Part shown: one piece after another, positions 47,287 to 58,958 of the stretch
How positions within the stretch are numbered: the first letter of the stretch is position 1
Layout: each line of letters opens with the position of its first letter
NCBI GenBank assembly: GCA_044892525.1
Contig: CM097887.1
Location: 80,082,397-80,146,396 of the forward strand
DNA length: 64,000 nt
Source: Schmidtea polychroa
Taxonomy: Eukaryota
Direction: 5' to 3'
Position numbers and translations under genes: made by a program
Notes under the pieces: model-generated
Told to the model about the DNA's origin: nothing
Seen by the model: the letters and a program-made list of their open reading frames with translations, nothing else
Database searches by the model: none

Positions 47287-47505
47287 CAGCCATGGCCAAC
47301 CGGTGGCCCGGACAAAATTTTAAACATCAATAATTGTCTTTAGAATTCATATTTGAATTAAGCATGTCTTTAATTTAAAAAGTTGATTCTAAGTTTACTT
47401 GAATCGTAAAAACGAGTTATATTTATTTAAATGAATTTATTGTGGCCCGTGATAGTATTTTTCCTAAAATTTGGCCCTTCGATTGATTTGGGTTGGTCAC
47501 CACTG
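47287..47505. mobile_element. 219-bp hAT-type MITE
   Basis: TIRs CAGCCATGGCCAACC / GGTTGGTCACCACTG; perfect 8-bp TSD AATTAAAT. Confidence 0.8.
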
Positions 47506-50464
47506 AATTAAATATTCCTAAAGCTGAATTATTAGTTGTTTCATTACTAGTCAAAAACAAATATCTAGGTTTGGCAGTTATTTCTATTAATCAAGTTTGA
47601 GTGAACGATAATTTTGAAATTTTATTATAAAATTTGAAATATATTTGAAATTCCTGATTTATGTGTTTAGTAGGATTATATTTGCAGAGCGTGCAACGCG
47701 TGCCGGCAAATTTAAAATGAAAATCATTTACAAAAAGAGAATTTCATTTTGTAAAATAAAAAAAATTACGACTATTTTGTCATTGAACGCACTCCAGCTT
47801 AATTATTTTCATATACCTGTCATTATCTTGTCAAAGTCATTTAGTGTTTTAATTTTTGAACCAAATCAACATTTCAAGTTTTAAAATTTATAAAAATCTA
47901 TATAAAAATTTATATACATTACGATTTGTTAGATTAGAAAGCAGGATTATATTATAGAATTTGGTAAGTATAATGCAATGTTTTCTATATTTTTGTTAAC
48001 AAATATTTTTGTGATGTACGTTAGATATTTATTATTTGTATGATTCGCATCCTTAGATTTGCTCCAGGAATGTTTGCAATTGAACATGAAATCCTAGATA
48101 ATTTAGATAAACATGACTTAATTTCACAATTTGATTTGAACAAGGAAGAAAAATCTCTTTGTGAGTAGTAAACTATTAATTTCACCAACTTTCTATTTTT
48201 TGTGTGTACTAAACTATAACTTTCCTAAACCTCTCTGTTTTGTGATTAATAAACTATAATTTTCATAAACTATTGCAAGTGATATGTGTGTTATTTCGTA
48301 GTTAGTTTAATTTTTACTTTAATTAAAATGTTATTTTTATTTTAGATTATTGAAAATTTTTTTAAAGAAAAGACAGGGAGGAAATTATTTTACACGCAGG
48401 CGTGAATATCAAAAACATCGATATATTTTTAATAAATACAATAATAATTATAATAATAAAATTTGATGTCTTTATAATAAATTGTAATGATTATATATTT
48501 AATATATGGATTTTGAGTAACTTCATTTTAAATTGAATATAATGATTTGAATAGAATGATTTCTGTTAAATATATTTGTCCTATAATATCTATATTAATT
48601 AAATTTAAAAAAAATTAATTTTTATATAAACATATCAATTATTTAATTAAAGATTGTTTGCTTTAATCATGGTATCGACATCTTTATTGACTATCGATTA
48701 AAATAATTTTATCTATAATCAATAAAAAAATTCCAAATAACATAAATATATCAACCACATTAAATTATGTTACGATGAATAAATTCAATATTATTTTATT
48801 TTTTGTTAATTATCTTTTTACATTTTTAAAAAAAATGAAAACTTTATTAAAATTAAGTTAATATTTACAAAAACTTCTGCACTTCAAAAATCCACGACGA
48901 TAAACACTGTCATACAACAATCAAAAAATATTATTAAATTAATTATTAAACAAAATATTATTTATGTTCATTTTATGAAGCTCTTTTCATTATCCCTTAT
49001 AAAATATTTTATAATTATCATAAGGATCATCTTACGTCTTCTATAACTGACAAAAAGCATTTTTTAAAAAATTATTTACATGATGGTCATTGCCGGTTTA
49101 GGAGTTTTCTGTGTGTAGGAGAGATGCGAATTTGCCGCCGCAAAAATAAAAAAATGCTGCAGTTTTTTAATTGAAGAAAATAGAAAAACACTGAATATCT
49201 GAACTCAATACATATATTTGTATTTTACTACGAAAAATTAAACTTAATTCAATTTATAAAAAATAAAAATTGAATTTTTCTTGCTTTTAATTTTCCAAAA
49301 TCATTAACCAAATCTTCCACATGTCTTCCATGATTTTTTTTTCAAGATTTCGACCACAAAAAAAAATTTTATTTTTCTTGTTGGATTGACAAAAAATTAG
49401 AAAATGCCGCCTTCGAAAAGTGCGAAAAGTGTCGCCGTTGCCTACGCTTAAAACCGGGCCTGATGATAGAATAGAAGATATACCATTTAAAAATCAATAA
49501 TTTAATAATAGCATCATCATTATAGATGAATCTGATGATGATGTTATTATTATAGAAGACGATGTTATTTTTAATCAACAGATTGATTGTGGGAAAATTT
49601 ATTACCTGCTACACAAAGCTTGTAATGTTTATCTTATTTTATTGTTAGACATCCGTAAAAAATATTTAAATCCATAACATAATAGTATTTTATAAATAAT
49701 AAGTACTTTTAGTTGAAATGAATATTCATGATTCGTGGTGATTCTTTAATCATAAGAATATTAAGTTTGTAGAACTAATAGAATTAGGTAATTTTAATTA
49801 AAGTCCTTTATGAGGATAAGATCATTTCATTCGATAATAACTGATTAGAATTAGGTGTAAGTGTAGTGTAGCAATTTTGAGTCTGGGGAATTTCCCCTTT
49901 TAAGATCCTAGTGTTATATCAAAGTGAATTACTTTGAGTGTAAGTTTAGATATGTTATTACTTTATGAAAAACGGTCAAATTAATTAAAATTTACCTATT
50001 TTCGTGGCCACACTGGACTCACTACAATAGGTTCTCTGTTGTGTCGGTCAACGCTACAGCAAATATTTTGGACCGTTGACGAAATTATTTATTTCACATC
50101 GAGTTCAGAGAACCCCGCCACTCCAGAGGACATTAATAGACGAACTCCGTGGCTTATACCACGAAGTCAGTACGACCTCCGGCGACCCCAATCCATTTAA
50201 AATGTGTATCAATGAATGCCAACCTGTGATCGTTGAGGATTGTGGACCCAACGACGAAGATAAATAAATTAGACACAAGACTGGCTTGGTTCGCGTGTCA
50301 GTATATGATTAATACGACCCTAGTCACTCTGTGGAAAAGGAGAAAAGAAATAAAAATAAAAATTATATTATGAATGTAAATCAATAATCATATAATAGAG
50401 TAATCGAATGTTTTTGCATAAAGCGTCCAAATATTTTTATAGAGAGTGTTTCCTAACTGAAAGT

Positions 50465-51195
50465 GTAGGTATTTATACCTGATTTTTGGTGTGCTAGTAG
50501 GTATGCATGCATTAGTGCATTAAAACAAATCCGAATTATTTTTATTCTAGAAATTTCTATTTTCATTTTTTATCAATTTTCCTGGCGATTTTTTCGTAAT
50601 AATTTTTGTTTTATTTTTTAAAATTTTAATTTGGAATTATATTTTACAAAATTTGCCTCCATGATGGATTTGGGCATTTCCAGAACATTCCATGTTAAAT
50701 TTAATCTAATGCTTAATTTTTAAATTGTTTTCTGAAAATTTTTCTTGAAAATTTTAATTTTTTAACTAAAATATTTATTTTTTGTAACTTTTATTGGGTC
50801 TTTTGGCGGCCATGATGGATTTCGCCATTTTTATGGATTGTTCTGGGTTTTATAATTGGAATTTGCTGTAGTTTTCTCTAAATAAGTTTTTATGACGTTT
50901 TATTTAATTTGCTCTGTGATCTCTTTCAAATCGCCTTTATTCAAATTTGTTTTTGGTTGTTTTATGTATTTCGGCTATATTTGAGTACAACACGTGTAAT
51001 ACTTCTTGCTGTTTTATTTTTTATTTTTATTTAGATGTTTTAACTTTTGTGTGTTGTTTTCTTCATTATAATTGTTTAATTGGTGTTTTATATGTTTTGA
51101 ATTTAACTAGACTCAATGCTGAGTTGCATGTTATGTCCGACCCTTTTTTGTCACGAATCTAGTTTTTTGGGCTATAAATCAATTCTAGACCAACT
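50465..51195 (+). repeat. Dispersed ~730-bp repeat, copy B
   Basis: See copy A at 43965-44695. Confidence 0.75.
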
Positions 51196-51479
51196 CTGAA
51201 GGATTTAGCCAATAGGAATGATATCATAAATGTAATAAACGCGGATAATTTGTGTTTTGGTTTACAGCGTGCTGGGTAATTTGAAAGAGGATGAGATCAT
51301 GGTCTATAATACGAACGTATAGAATTACACTCAGTTTTTGTATGAATTAGAATTAGATATGAAATTGAAAGATATCTCAAAATTCGATGAATCACAATCA
51401 ATATCTTCAATTACAATCCGAAAATATAATTGATATTGATAATGTTGATATTATCATGAAACACCCGCATATCGACATA

Positions 51480-51752
51480 ATACATTGGACATTACATCGA
51501 TGTATTTACTATTATTGGAATCAGATGACGAATATCACTATAAAGCAGTTCCTGATTTACATCGACTAATAAATTGCCGCAAAACTCATAGTTGCCCAGT
51601 CAGTATCCAACGTAGATGGTGAGAGATATGTTTAAACCGTTTCAGAAGAAAACAGCTTTTAACAGGCATGTGAAATTATGAAAGAAAAATCAATTGGGCT
51701 CTACACCATACACGTTGTCAGATAACAAGGACCTACAATTTAATGATATATA
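51480..51752 (+). pseudogene. Relic of a second Polinton PolB N-terminal region, cut by the Tigger insertion
   Basis: YLLLLESDDEYHYKAVPDLHRL..ICLNRF..(fs)FNRHVKL..PYTLSDNKDLQFND parallels IYLLILEHENNQHYILIKNF..CKRCL..IKHARFC..RMPTDPRMYFKN of the intact PolB. Confidence 0.4.
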
Positions 51753-54277
51753 TAGTAATACCCCGCACTTACGTACACTTTGGGACCGGCGCGTGTACGT
51801 AAAACAAAAATGTACGTAAAATGAATCTACTGCTTTTATTGATGAATAATATGTTTGAAATAAATGAAAACAATAAATATATAAATAAAAAGAAAAAGAA
51901 AAAGACGGATATTATGCATGTAGTTTTATACTTTTATTTCATACTTTTTTATACTATATTTAATACTTAACGTGTATTAAAAAACAAAACAAAAAACAAA
52001 TTCATATACATACATATTAAACAAAACTTAAAAATAAACATAAACTTCAAAATTCATCAATACATAATTTAAATATAAATAATGTTGTAATTCAAATTTA
52101 ATTGCTCGATGACGTGGAGAATGATGTATCATCTTCATCTTCATAAGTTATGTAATCAACCGCTAAATGCTTTTTTGCTGGTGAGTCAGGAGATGTAGAT
52201 GAACTTATTGAAAAATCTTGCGACTTTCTGAAGTGGATGCCAAATTCCGATTTCCTTTTGATTTTGAGCTAGGTGATATAATTTTTGTAGCAAAAAAATC
52301 TTTTAAAGAGGTTTGTTTACTATGTTTTTTCATTTCCCTGTATAATTCTGAATAACAGGAATATGCGTCCATAATGTCTTTGTTAACCTTTGAACTCCTC
52401 TCAAAATCTGGATCGTATTTTTCAAAAAGAGCCATTTCATTTTGAAAACATTGGAAAGCATCTGATAAAATTTTGATTGTTAGTCCTTCAGATTGAGTGG
52501 ATTTTTCTGCGACATTGCATTCTAAATTTTCAGGTTGTATCTGTTCATTTAATTTTAAAAGATCTTCATTGTTGAGAGGTTCATCGTAGGATGCTACAAG
52601 TTGAACTACATCATTTGAATCTACTTCTAACTCAAGATGTTGCGCCATATCTACAATATTGCCAATGATTTCAGCGTTATTATCTTCGAAATCTTCCCTA
52701 TCGTTTGTCTCCTGCGGAAATAATTTATTCCAGGTGTCTTGAATTATTTTTATGCAATCTAAAATATTGTATTTCGTCCAAACTTTTTTTAAAACTTCCC
52801 TACCTGAACCTTCTTTACTGTCAATTGCAGCAATTATTTTACTGAATGTCTTTTTTAAATAGTTCAGTTTAAATGACGCGATAACACACTGGTCCATGGG
52901 TTGAAGGATAGATGTGGTGTTTGGAAGTAAAAATTCAACTCGAATATTACCGTTGCCTAAATCTTGCGGATGACCGGGAGCATTATCGATAACTAATAAA
53001 ATTTTATACGGTATTTTTTTGCTTCTACAATATCCTTTAACTTCAGCTGTAAAACATTTGTTAAACCATTCTTCAAAAATATATGCAGTAACCCATGCTT
53101 TAGGGTTAAATCTATAGTAGACTGGCAGTTTAGCTTTCGCATAGTTCTTTAACGCTCTAGGGTTTTCATAGCGATACAAAAGCATGGGTTTAAGTTTATA
53201 CGTTCCTGCGGCATTACCACCTAATAAAAGAGTAATTCTCTCTTTATTTACTTTATATCCTGGCATAGTCTTTTCTTCTTTAGAAATAAACGTTCGAGCT
53301 GGCATCTTCTTCCAAAAAAGACCTGTCTCATCGACATTAAAAATTTGGTCTTTTGTATATCCTCCTTCTTTCACAATTTTTACAAGTTTTTCTGGATATA
53401 TTTTTGCAGCCTCAACATCTGCAGCTGCTGCTTCACCGGTGACTTTAATGTTATGTAAGTTGTATCTGTTTCTGAAACGATGAAACCATCCACGACTAGC
53501 ACAAAATTTAGTCTCGTTTGCGCCTTTTTTAACTTTTAAGTCATTAAACAAGCTTTGCGCTTTACTTTGAATAATAGCCTGACTTAAGGGTACGTGTTGT
53601 TTTGTTTGATTTTCTATCCAGATGACTAGTAATTTCTCCATATCTGCAACAAGACCGTGTTCTTTTCTTATGATGGTACTATTTATTGGTGTAGCATTTT
53701 TCACTGCAAAAAGAATTTTATCTTTGTTCTTGACTACAGTGTTTACAGTAGAAGGTTTCAAATCTAGTTGGCGGGCTACTTCAGCTTGAGGAGTTCCGTC
53801 ATCGCACATTCTAATTATCTTAACTTTGGCTTTCAGCGAAAGAACATTTCGAGTTTTTTTTAATTTTTTATCTGCCATTTCTTAGAGAAAAAAATTATTT
53901 TAAGAATTTAAAAAAAAAATAAACGTATTTCTACTTACTGTGCAAGTTAATATTTCATAGAATAATTGTTCCAAGAAAAAAACTATATATAAATCAAAAT
54001 AGAAAAAATTATTCTTTATTCTTCTAAAGTCGAATTAATTATGAATATTATGTATTTATATTTTACAAAGGTTTTTATATTGATTTATTTCTACAAAAGT
54101 ACATTCATAATTTATTATCCTAGTACATAATTTTTTTCCATAAATTGCAAAACCAGAAAAAATGTAAGTAAAAAAAGTACTTGTACGTAAGTGTGAATCA
54201 TTGTACGTATAATGGGCAAATGGAGACAAAAATGAGATGTATGTAAGTGCGAGTGTACGTAACACGGGGTATTACTG
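51753..54277 (-). mobile_element. Full-length Tigger/pogo DNA transposon, 2525 bp
   Basis: TIRs (C/T)AGTAATACCCCG..TTACGTACAC, TA TSDs at 51751-52 and 54278-79. Confidence 0.93.
52205..53878 (-). CDS. Tigger (TIGD1-like) transposase, 557 aa
   Basis: HTH-psq and CENP-B HTH (ASRGWFHRFR), FNVDETGLFWKKMP, LLVIDNAPGHP, PNTTSILQPMDQ; apparently a short in-frame deletion near QDTWNKLFP. Confidence 0.92.
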   Translation of the reverse strand: MADKKLKKTRNVLSLKAKVKIIRMCDDGTPQAEVARQLDLKPSTVNTVVKNKDKILFAVKNATPINSTIIRKEHGLVADMEKLLVIWIENQTKQHVPLSQAIIQSKAQSLFNDLKVKKGANETKFCASRGWFHRFRNRYNLHNIKVTGEAAAADVEAAKIYPEKLVKIVKEGGYTKDQIFNVDETGLFWKKMPARTFISKEEKTMPGYKVNKERITLLLGGNAAGTYKLKPMLLYRYENPRALKNYAKAKLPVYYRFNPKAWVTAYIFEEWFNKCFTAEVKGYCRSKKIPYKILLVIDNAPGHPQDLGNGNIRVEFLLPNTTSILQPMDQCVIASFKLNYLKKTFSKIIAAIDSKEGSGREVLKKVWTKYNILDCIKIIQDTWNKLFPQETNDREDFEDNNAEIIGNIVDMAQHLELEVDSNDVVQLVASYDEPLNNEDLLKLNEQIQPENLECNVAEKSTQSEGLTIKILSDAFQCFQNEMALFEKYDPDFERSSKVNKDIMDAYSCYSELYREMKKHSKQTSLKDFFATKIISPSSKSKGNRNLASTSESRKIFQ

Positions 54278-55731
54278 TATATGATATTTATATATGATAT
54301 ATATATGACCTAACTGTGATGTAATAACATAACAGAATTTCACAATAATCAGAACCCTGTCACTAAAAATATCCAAGTCATATTACAGCAGTTAAAATAC
54401 TTCAGTATCATCCAAATTTGTTTTTTTATTGATTTCATCAAGATCAGTAAATTCACTTGTAGTCAAATTCAGATCTCCACCATGTTAAAAATCTTTAGTA
54501 TTTACGGTTAAATTTTATTTCTGATCTAACGTTTGAAACAACGAGGACTTTCGTTAACCTCATTATTTTTCATGGAATTTACTCCAGTGACAGTATCTTG
54601 GGACCTTTTTGAAGTTGGGACCATTCTTTCTCTGATGAATCAACTGATGAAGCATTTAAGATCTCTTTAGATAGCAGCGCAATTTCAAGTTAGAAAAATC
54701 TTATTGTAAACCCTTTTTATTGATTTTTATTATATTACACTTAAATCCGAAAACCTTTATGAATAAACTTATTGAAAAAGACCTTACGTTATCAGAAACA
54801 TACCTCAGCTATCCTAATGTATACAACTGAATATCAAAATATAAAAGTAAAAAGACTTCGTAGCTACCAAATTTATTATTAATAAAAAGAAATTTGCGAT
54901 TTCGTTTATTTTCATTCTTTTAGACTATTGATCAATGCGATTTCAATTTAACACAAACTATCGGCATCGCCTTTACAAAGAGAAATTTTGTAAACATGAA
55001 TCAACAACAGGTAATTTATCAGACCTAATAGAATTTAAATTAAAATTTCTCTAAAAATTCAAGAAAGTTGTTTTATTGAAATACTGAATTAGAAGATAAA
55101 ATGGAACGTGAAGAAGACGGCATTATTTAAAAAGGAACAAAACCATCTGACAAGAGATTCTAATGGTGAAAAATAAATACACAAATATCGAAATATTAAC
55201 TAGATACACAAAAAAATTTGTATACAACATTTGTAAAAACCCCCTCGTGCCAATCAACTTGAAATCGAAACAGAATATAGAATAAAACACAAATTTATGC
55301 GCAAAACAACCACATACCTCAACAAGGAGTGACACTGAGAAATGGGAATCACGATTGGAAGAATTCAAGTTTACAAAACCGAACGAAAGAATTTTTCGTC
55401 GAGAAACTAACATGGTCATGACACAATTTGTCACCCGAACCGAATATTTCCAGAAATCTCCACAGGCCATGTTTACCGGGTAAATGTTTACTTGCAACTG
55501 ATCGCATTGTCGATAGGAGGATCATTTGACAGATCGTTCTGACACATGGCGTTCGGATAATTATTGAATCTCGTCTTCAAAATTCGATCAGATTCGCATT
55601 TTACTTTTAATTTGTTTACCTTACACTGATCGAATGTTGTATTTCTTGTTTAAATTTATCAAGATGAAATTCAAGCTCAAATTGACTGCATACAAAAGAT
55701 GATTTATACTGAACATATACGATATATCTTT

Positions 55732-57257
55732 NNNNNNNNNNNNNNNNNNNNNNNNNNNNNNNNNNNNNNNNNNNNNNNNNNNNNNNNNNNNNNNNNNNNN
55801 NNNNNNNNNNNNNNNNNNNNNNNNNNNNNNNNNNNNNNNNNNNNNNNNNNNNNNNNNNNNNNNNNNNNNNNNNNNNNNNNNNNNNNNNNNNNNNNNNNNN
55901 NNNNNNNNNNNNNNNNNNNNNNNNNNNNNNNNNNNNNNNNNNNNNNNNNTTAAATGTTAAACAATTAAATGATAATTAAAACCTTATGCTGCGAAGTATA
56001 TATTTAATAAAATGAAGGAATTTTCAACTATAAAATAGNNNNNNNNNNNNNNNNNNNNNNNNNNNNNNNNNNNNNNNNNNNNNNNNNNNNNNNNNNNNNN
56101 NNNNNNNNNNNNNNNNNNNNNNNNNNNNNNNNNNNNNNNNNNNNNNNNNNNNNNNNNNNNNNNNNNNNNNNNNNNNNNNNNNNNNNNNNNNNNNNNNNNN
56201 NNNNNNNNNNNNNNNNNNNNNNNNNNNNNNNNNNNNNNNNNNNNNNNNNNNNNNNNNNNNNNNNNNNNNNNNNNNNNNNNNNNNNNNNNNNNNNNNNNNN
56301 NNNNNNNNNNNNNNNNNNNNNNNNNNNNNNNCAAAGTTTTGATAATAGAAAATCGTCAACTAAGTATATTAAAATATAACATTGCTATATATTTCGACCG
56401 TTTAACAGTCTTCTTCAGGCCAAGAATCGTATTAATAACGACTAAATGAAAATAATAATATTCAAACAAATTAACAACTAATAATCTTAATCAAATTGTA
56501 TCAAACTGAGGGATATTTTTATCAAATTTAAAAAAAACATTTTTTAATCATATAAAGATTATTTTAATTTTTAAAAAACGCACAAAATTGTTAACATTAT
56601 CATACAAAAATAATTGTTTTAAATAAATATAAAAGATAAATTTAATTTAAATTTAAAAATTGTTTTTATACAAAATATTTGACAAACAACAACATCATCC
56701 CAAATATTAAATATACAAGTTAAATTATTTAAATACATTCAAAATAACTGAAGACTGAGCACTTTGAATATTAATTGTAGAATTTAAAGATCTAATTAAC
56801 AACACCTCTTACGTTACTCGTTCCCAGCAATTACCCAGCAATAATAATAATATTATTATAAGAACATTTTTCAAATTTCACCACTGATNNNNNNNNNNNN
56901 NNNNNNNNNNNNNNNNNNNNNNNNNNNNNNNNNNNNNNNNNNNNNNNNNNNNNNNNNNNNNNNNNNNNNNNNNNNNNNNNNNNNNNNNNNNNNNNNNNNN
57001 NNNNNNNNNNNNNNNNNNNNNNNNNNNNNNNNNNNNNNNNNNNNNNNNNNNNNNNNNNNNNNNNNNNNNNNNNNNNNNNNNNNNNNNNNNNNNNNNNNNN
57101 NNNNNNNNNNNNNNNNNNNNNNNNNNNNNNNNNNNNNNNNNNNNNNNNNNNNNNNNNNNNNNNNNNNNNNNNNNNNNNNNNNNNNNNNNNNNNNNNNNNN
57201 NNNNNNNNNNNNNNNNNNNNNNNNNNNNNNNNNNNNNNNNNNNNNNNNNNNNNNNNT
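55732..57257. other. Three N-runs (55732-55949, 56039-56331, 56889-57257): gaps or masked sequence
   Basis: Directly visible; ORFs spanning them are artefacts. Confidence 0.95.
56378..56428 (-). ncRNA. Candidate minimal type I hammerhead ribozyme (Penelope-like)
   Basis: Minus strand C-CUGAAGA-A-GACUG(UUAAA)CGGUC-GAAA-UAUAUA: core boxes, 5-bp stem II, palindromic short stem III. Confidence 0.5.
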
Positions 57258-58725
57258 ATTGAATTATTATCATAAATTATTATTATCATTGCCGACAGAA
57301 GTAATCTGATATTCAGCATATTCAGGCAAAAAATTATGTTTACTTTTCAATATTAAAAATTAATATTTCTTGTATAATATAAACAGAAGCGAAATGCTTT
57401 ATTGGCATCGAGGGACAGGAGCGCCAAATAATATAATTCATCCAATTATGAAAACCCAAATAAATGAAACTCGACATTGATAAATGTAGAAATATAATTT
57501 TATTCGTACTTTGAAAGATTTCCGAAGAATTTACTGACGGTTTAATTTTTTTAATTATAGTATAAATATTGAAAATTTAATAGTAATATTGTGAAAGGCG
57601 TAAAAATATGAAAAGTTGATTTCACATTTTGGAAATTTGTTAAAATGTTTTGAAAAGACATTTCCCAAAATTTGTGATAATTGCAAAACAAAACATTGAT
57701 CGATTATCTGAAAAGAAGTGAAGATAAAAGCAACTGAAAATGAAACTAGATCAATTCTGAAATAGATAAAAAATTTTATTTTAAAAATCTAGTTTATAAG
57801 AAGCAAAACAATGCGATATTCATTCCAAGGGATTTTTATTGCTTTGACGCGCTGTATTGCAAATTAAAATGTTTTTTTCTTTTTAAGAGAAAAAAATATT
57901 TATGGAAAGTAACATGTTTCTCAATAAAACTTGATGATATTTTAGTTATTTTCATTATGATAAAAGATCAAAAATTTAAATTCTACGCAACATAAATTTC
58001 TGATCATTAGTCAGAATGAAAATAAACGATCAAGTGTGATCAAAAAGTAAAATATTTATTGAACCTTTGAAAACTCACTTCCAATTCACTAAAATTACCT
58101 CAAAATTCAAAGATTAACTTGAAATAGAAAACAAGCACAATACGAGCAGCTGTAACTTTGTATTTTGTATAAAAACATTATATAAAAAATATAAGAAAAA
58201 ATTTACTCTTACCTAACGACAGCCTAGTAATGTTAATTGCAAATATAACATATAAATAGTAGTGAATTTCAAACTAGTTTATTATTGGTTTTAATAATAT
58301 CATAAAATTCCGTGAAGAATTAAATTACTCTTTCTGTAACCGCACTACAAGCCGGAATACTAAATTAATATAAAATTACTTCTTAATATTCTTAACATCT
58401 GAAAATCGCTTAAAAACTTTCAAGTATGTCTCATTTTGGCTATGAATATTTTATTCCACATTTAGGTCAGTTATTTCTTATTTTTAAATTGAGCTCCTTA
58501 ATGTCTTCTGTTAGTCGCGATAATATCGCTTTCATTATCTTTATTATTAAGCATAATTAAACGAAGTTAAATTCTCCACCAAAATTTATTCAACAACAAA
58601 AAAACTGCACTTTATCACTTGAACATTAAAATAACATTTTACATTTAAACAATTATATTAGATTCTTATTTAATTCTGATCTTGGTCTAAATGCTGGTTA
58701 AATTTAAAATATAATTTAGAGTTAA

Positions 58726-58958
58726 CACTAGATTTACTGACATTAGAAGACAATTTGACGGGTGTCCGTAAAAATAGATATATACAACACATTTCTCCTA
58801 AGCGAAAATGGCGACAAAGAAAAGGATAGTGATATATTCTCGTATCAAGGTGTCATTAATAATCAACATAAAAAAAAATCGAAAAAATAATATTTCTTTT
58901 GTATATTTAATTTTAAAAATTGAATCCGTCAAATTGACGGGTGTCCGTAAATCTAGTG
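58726..58958. mobile_element. 233-bp TTAA-flanked (piggyBac-type) MITE
   Basis: TIRs CACTAGATTTACTGAC / GTCCGTAAATCTAGTG; TTAA on both sides. Confidence 0.8.

Noticed and set aside
49088-49462. Possible hAT MITE (CATTGCCGGTTT / AAACCGGGCCTG)
   Set aside because: TIR match is weak and the putative TSD matches at only 5 of 8 bases.
55300-55480. Non-LTR retrotransposon C-terminal-like peptide (RRETNMVMTQFVT)
   Set aside because: Single weak motif with no RT or Cys-His motif in register.
55699-57319. ORFs spanning N-runs (also 1001-1276)
   Set aside because: Artefacts of ambiguous bases.
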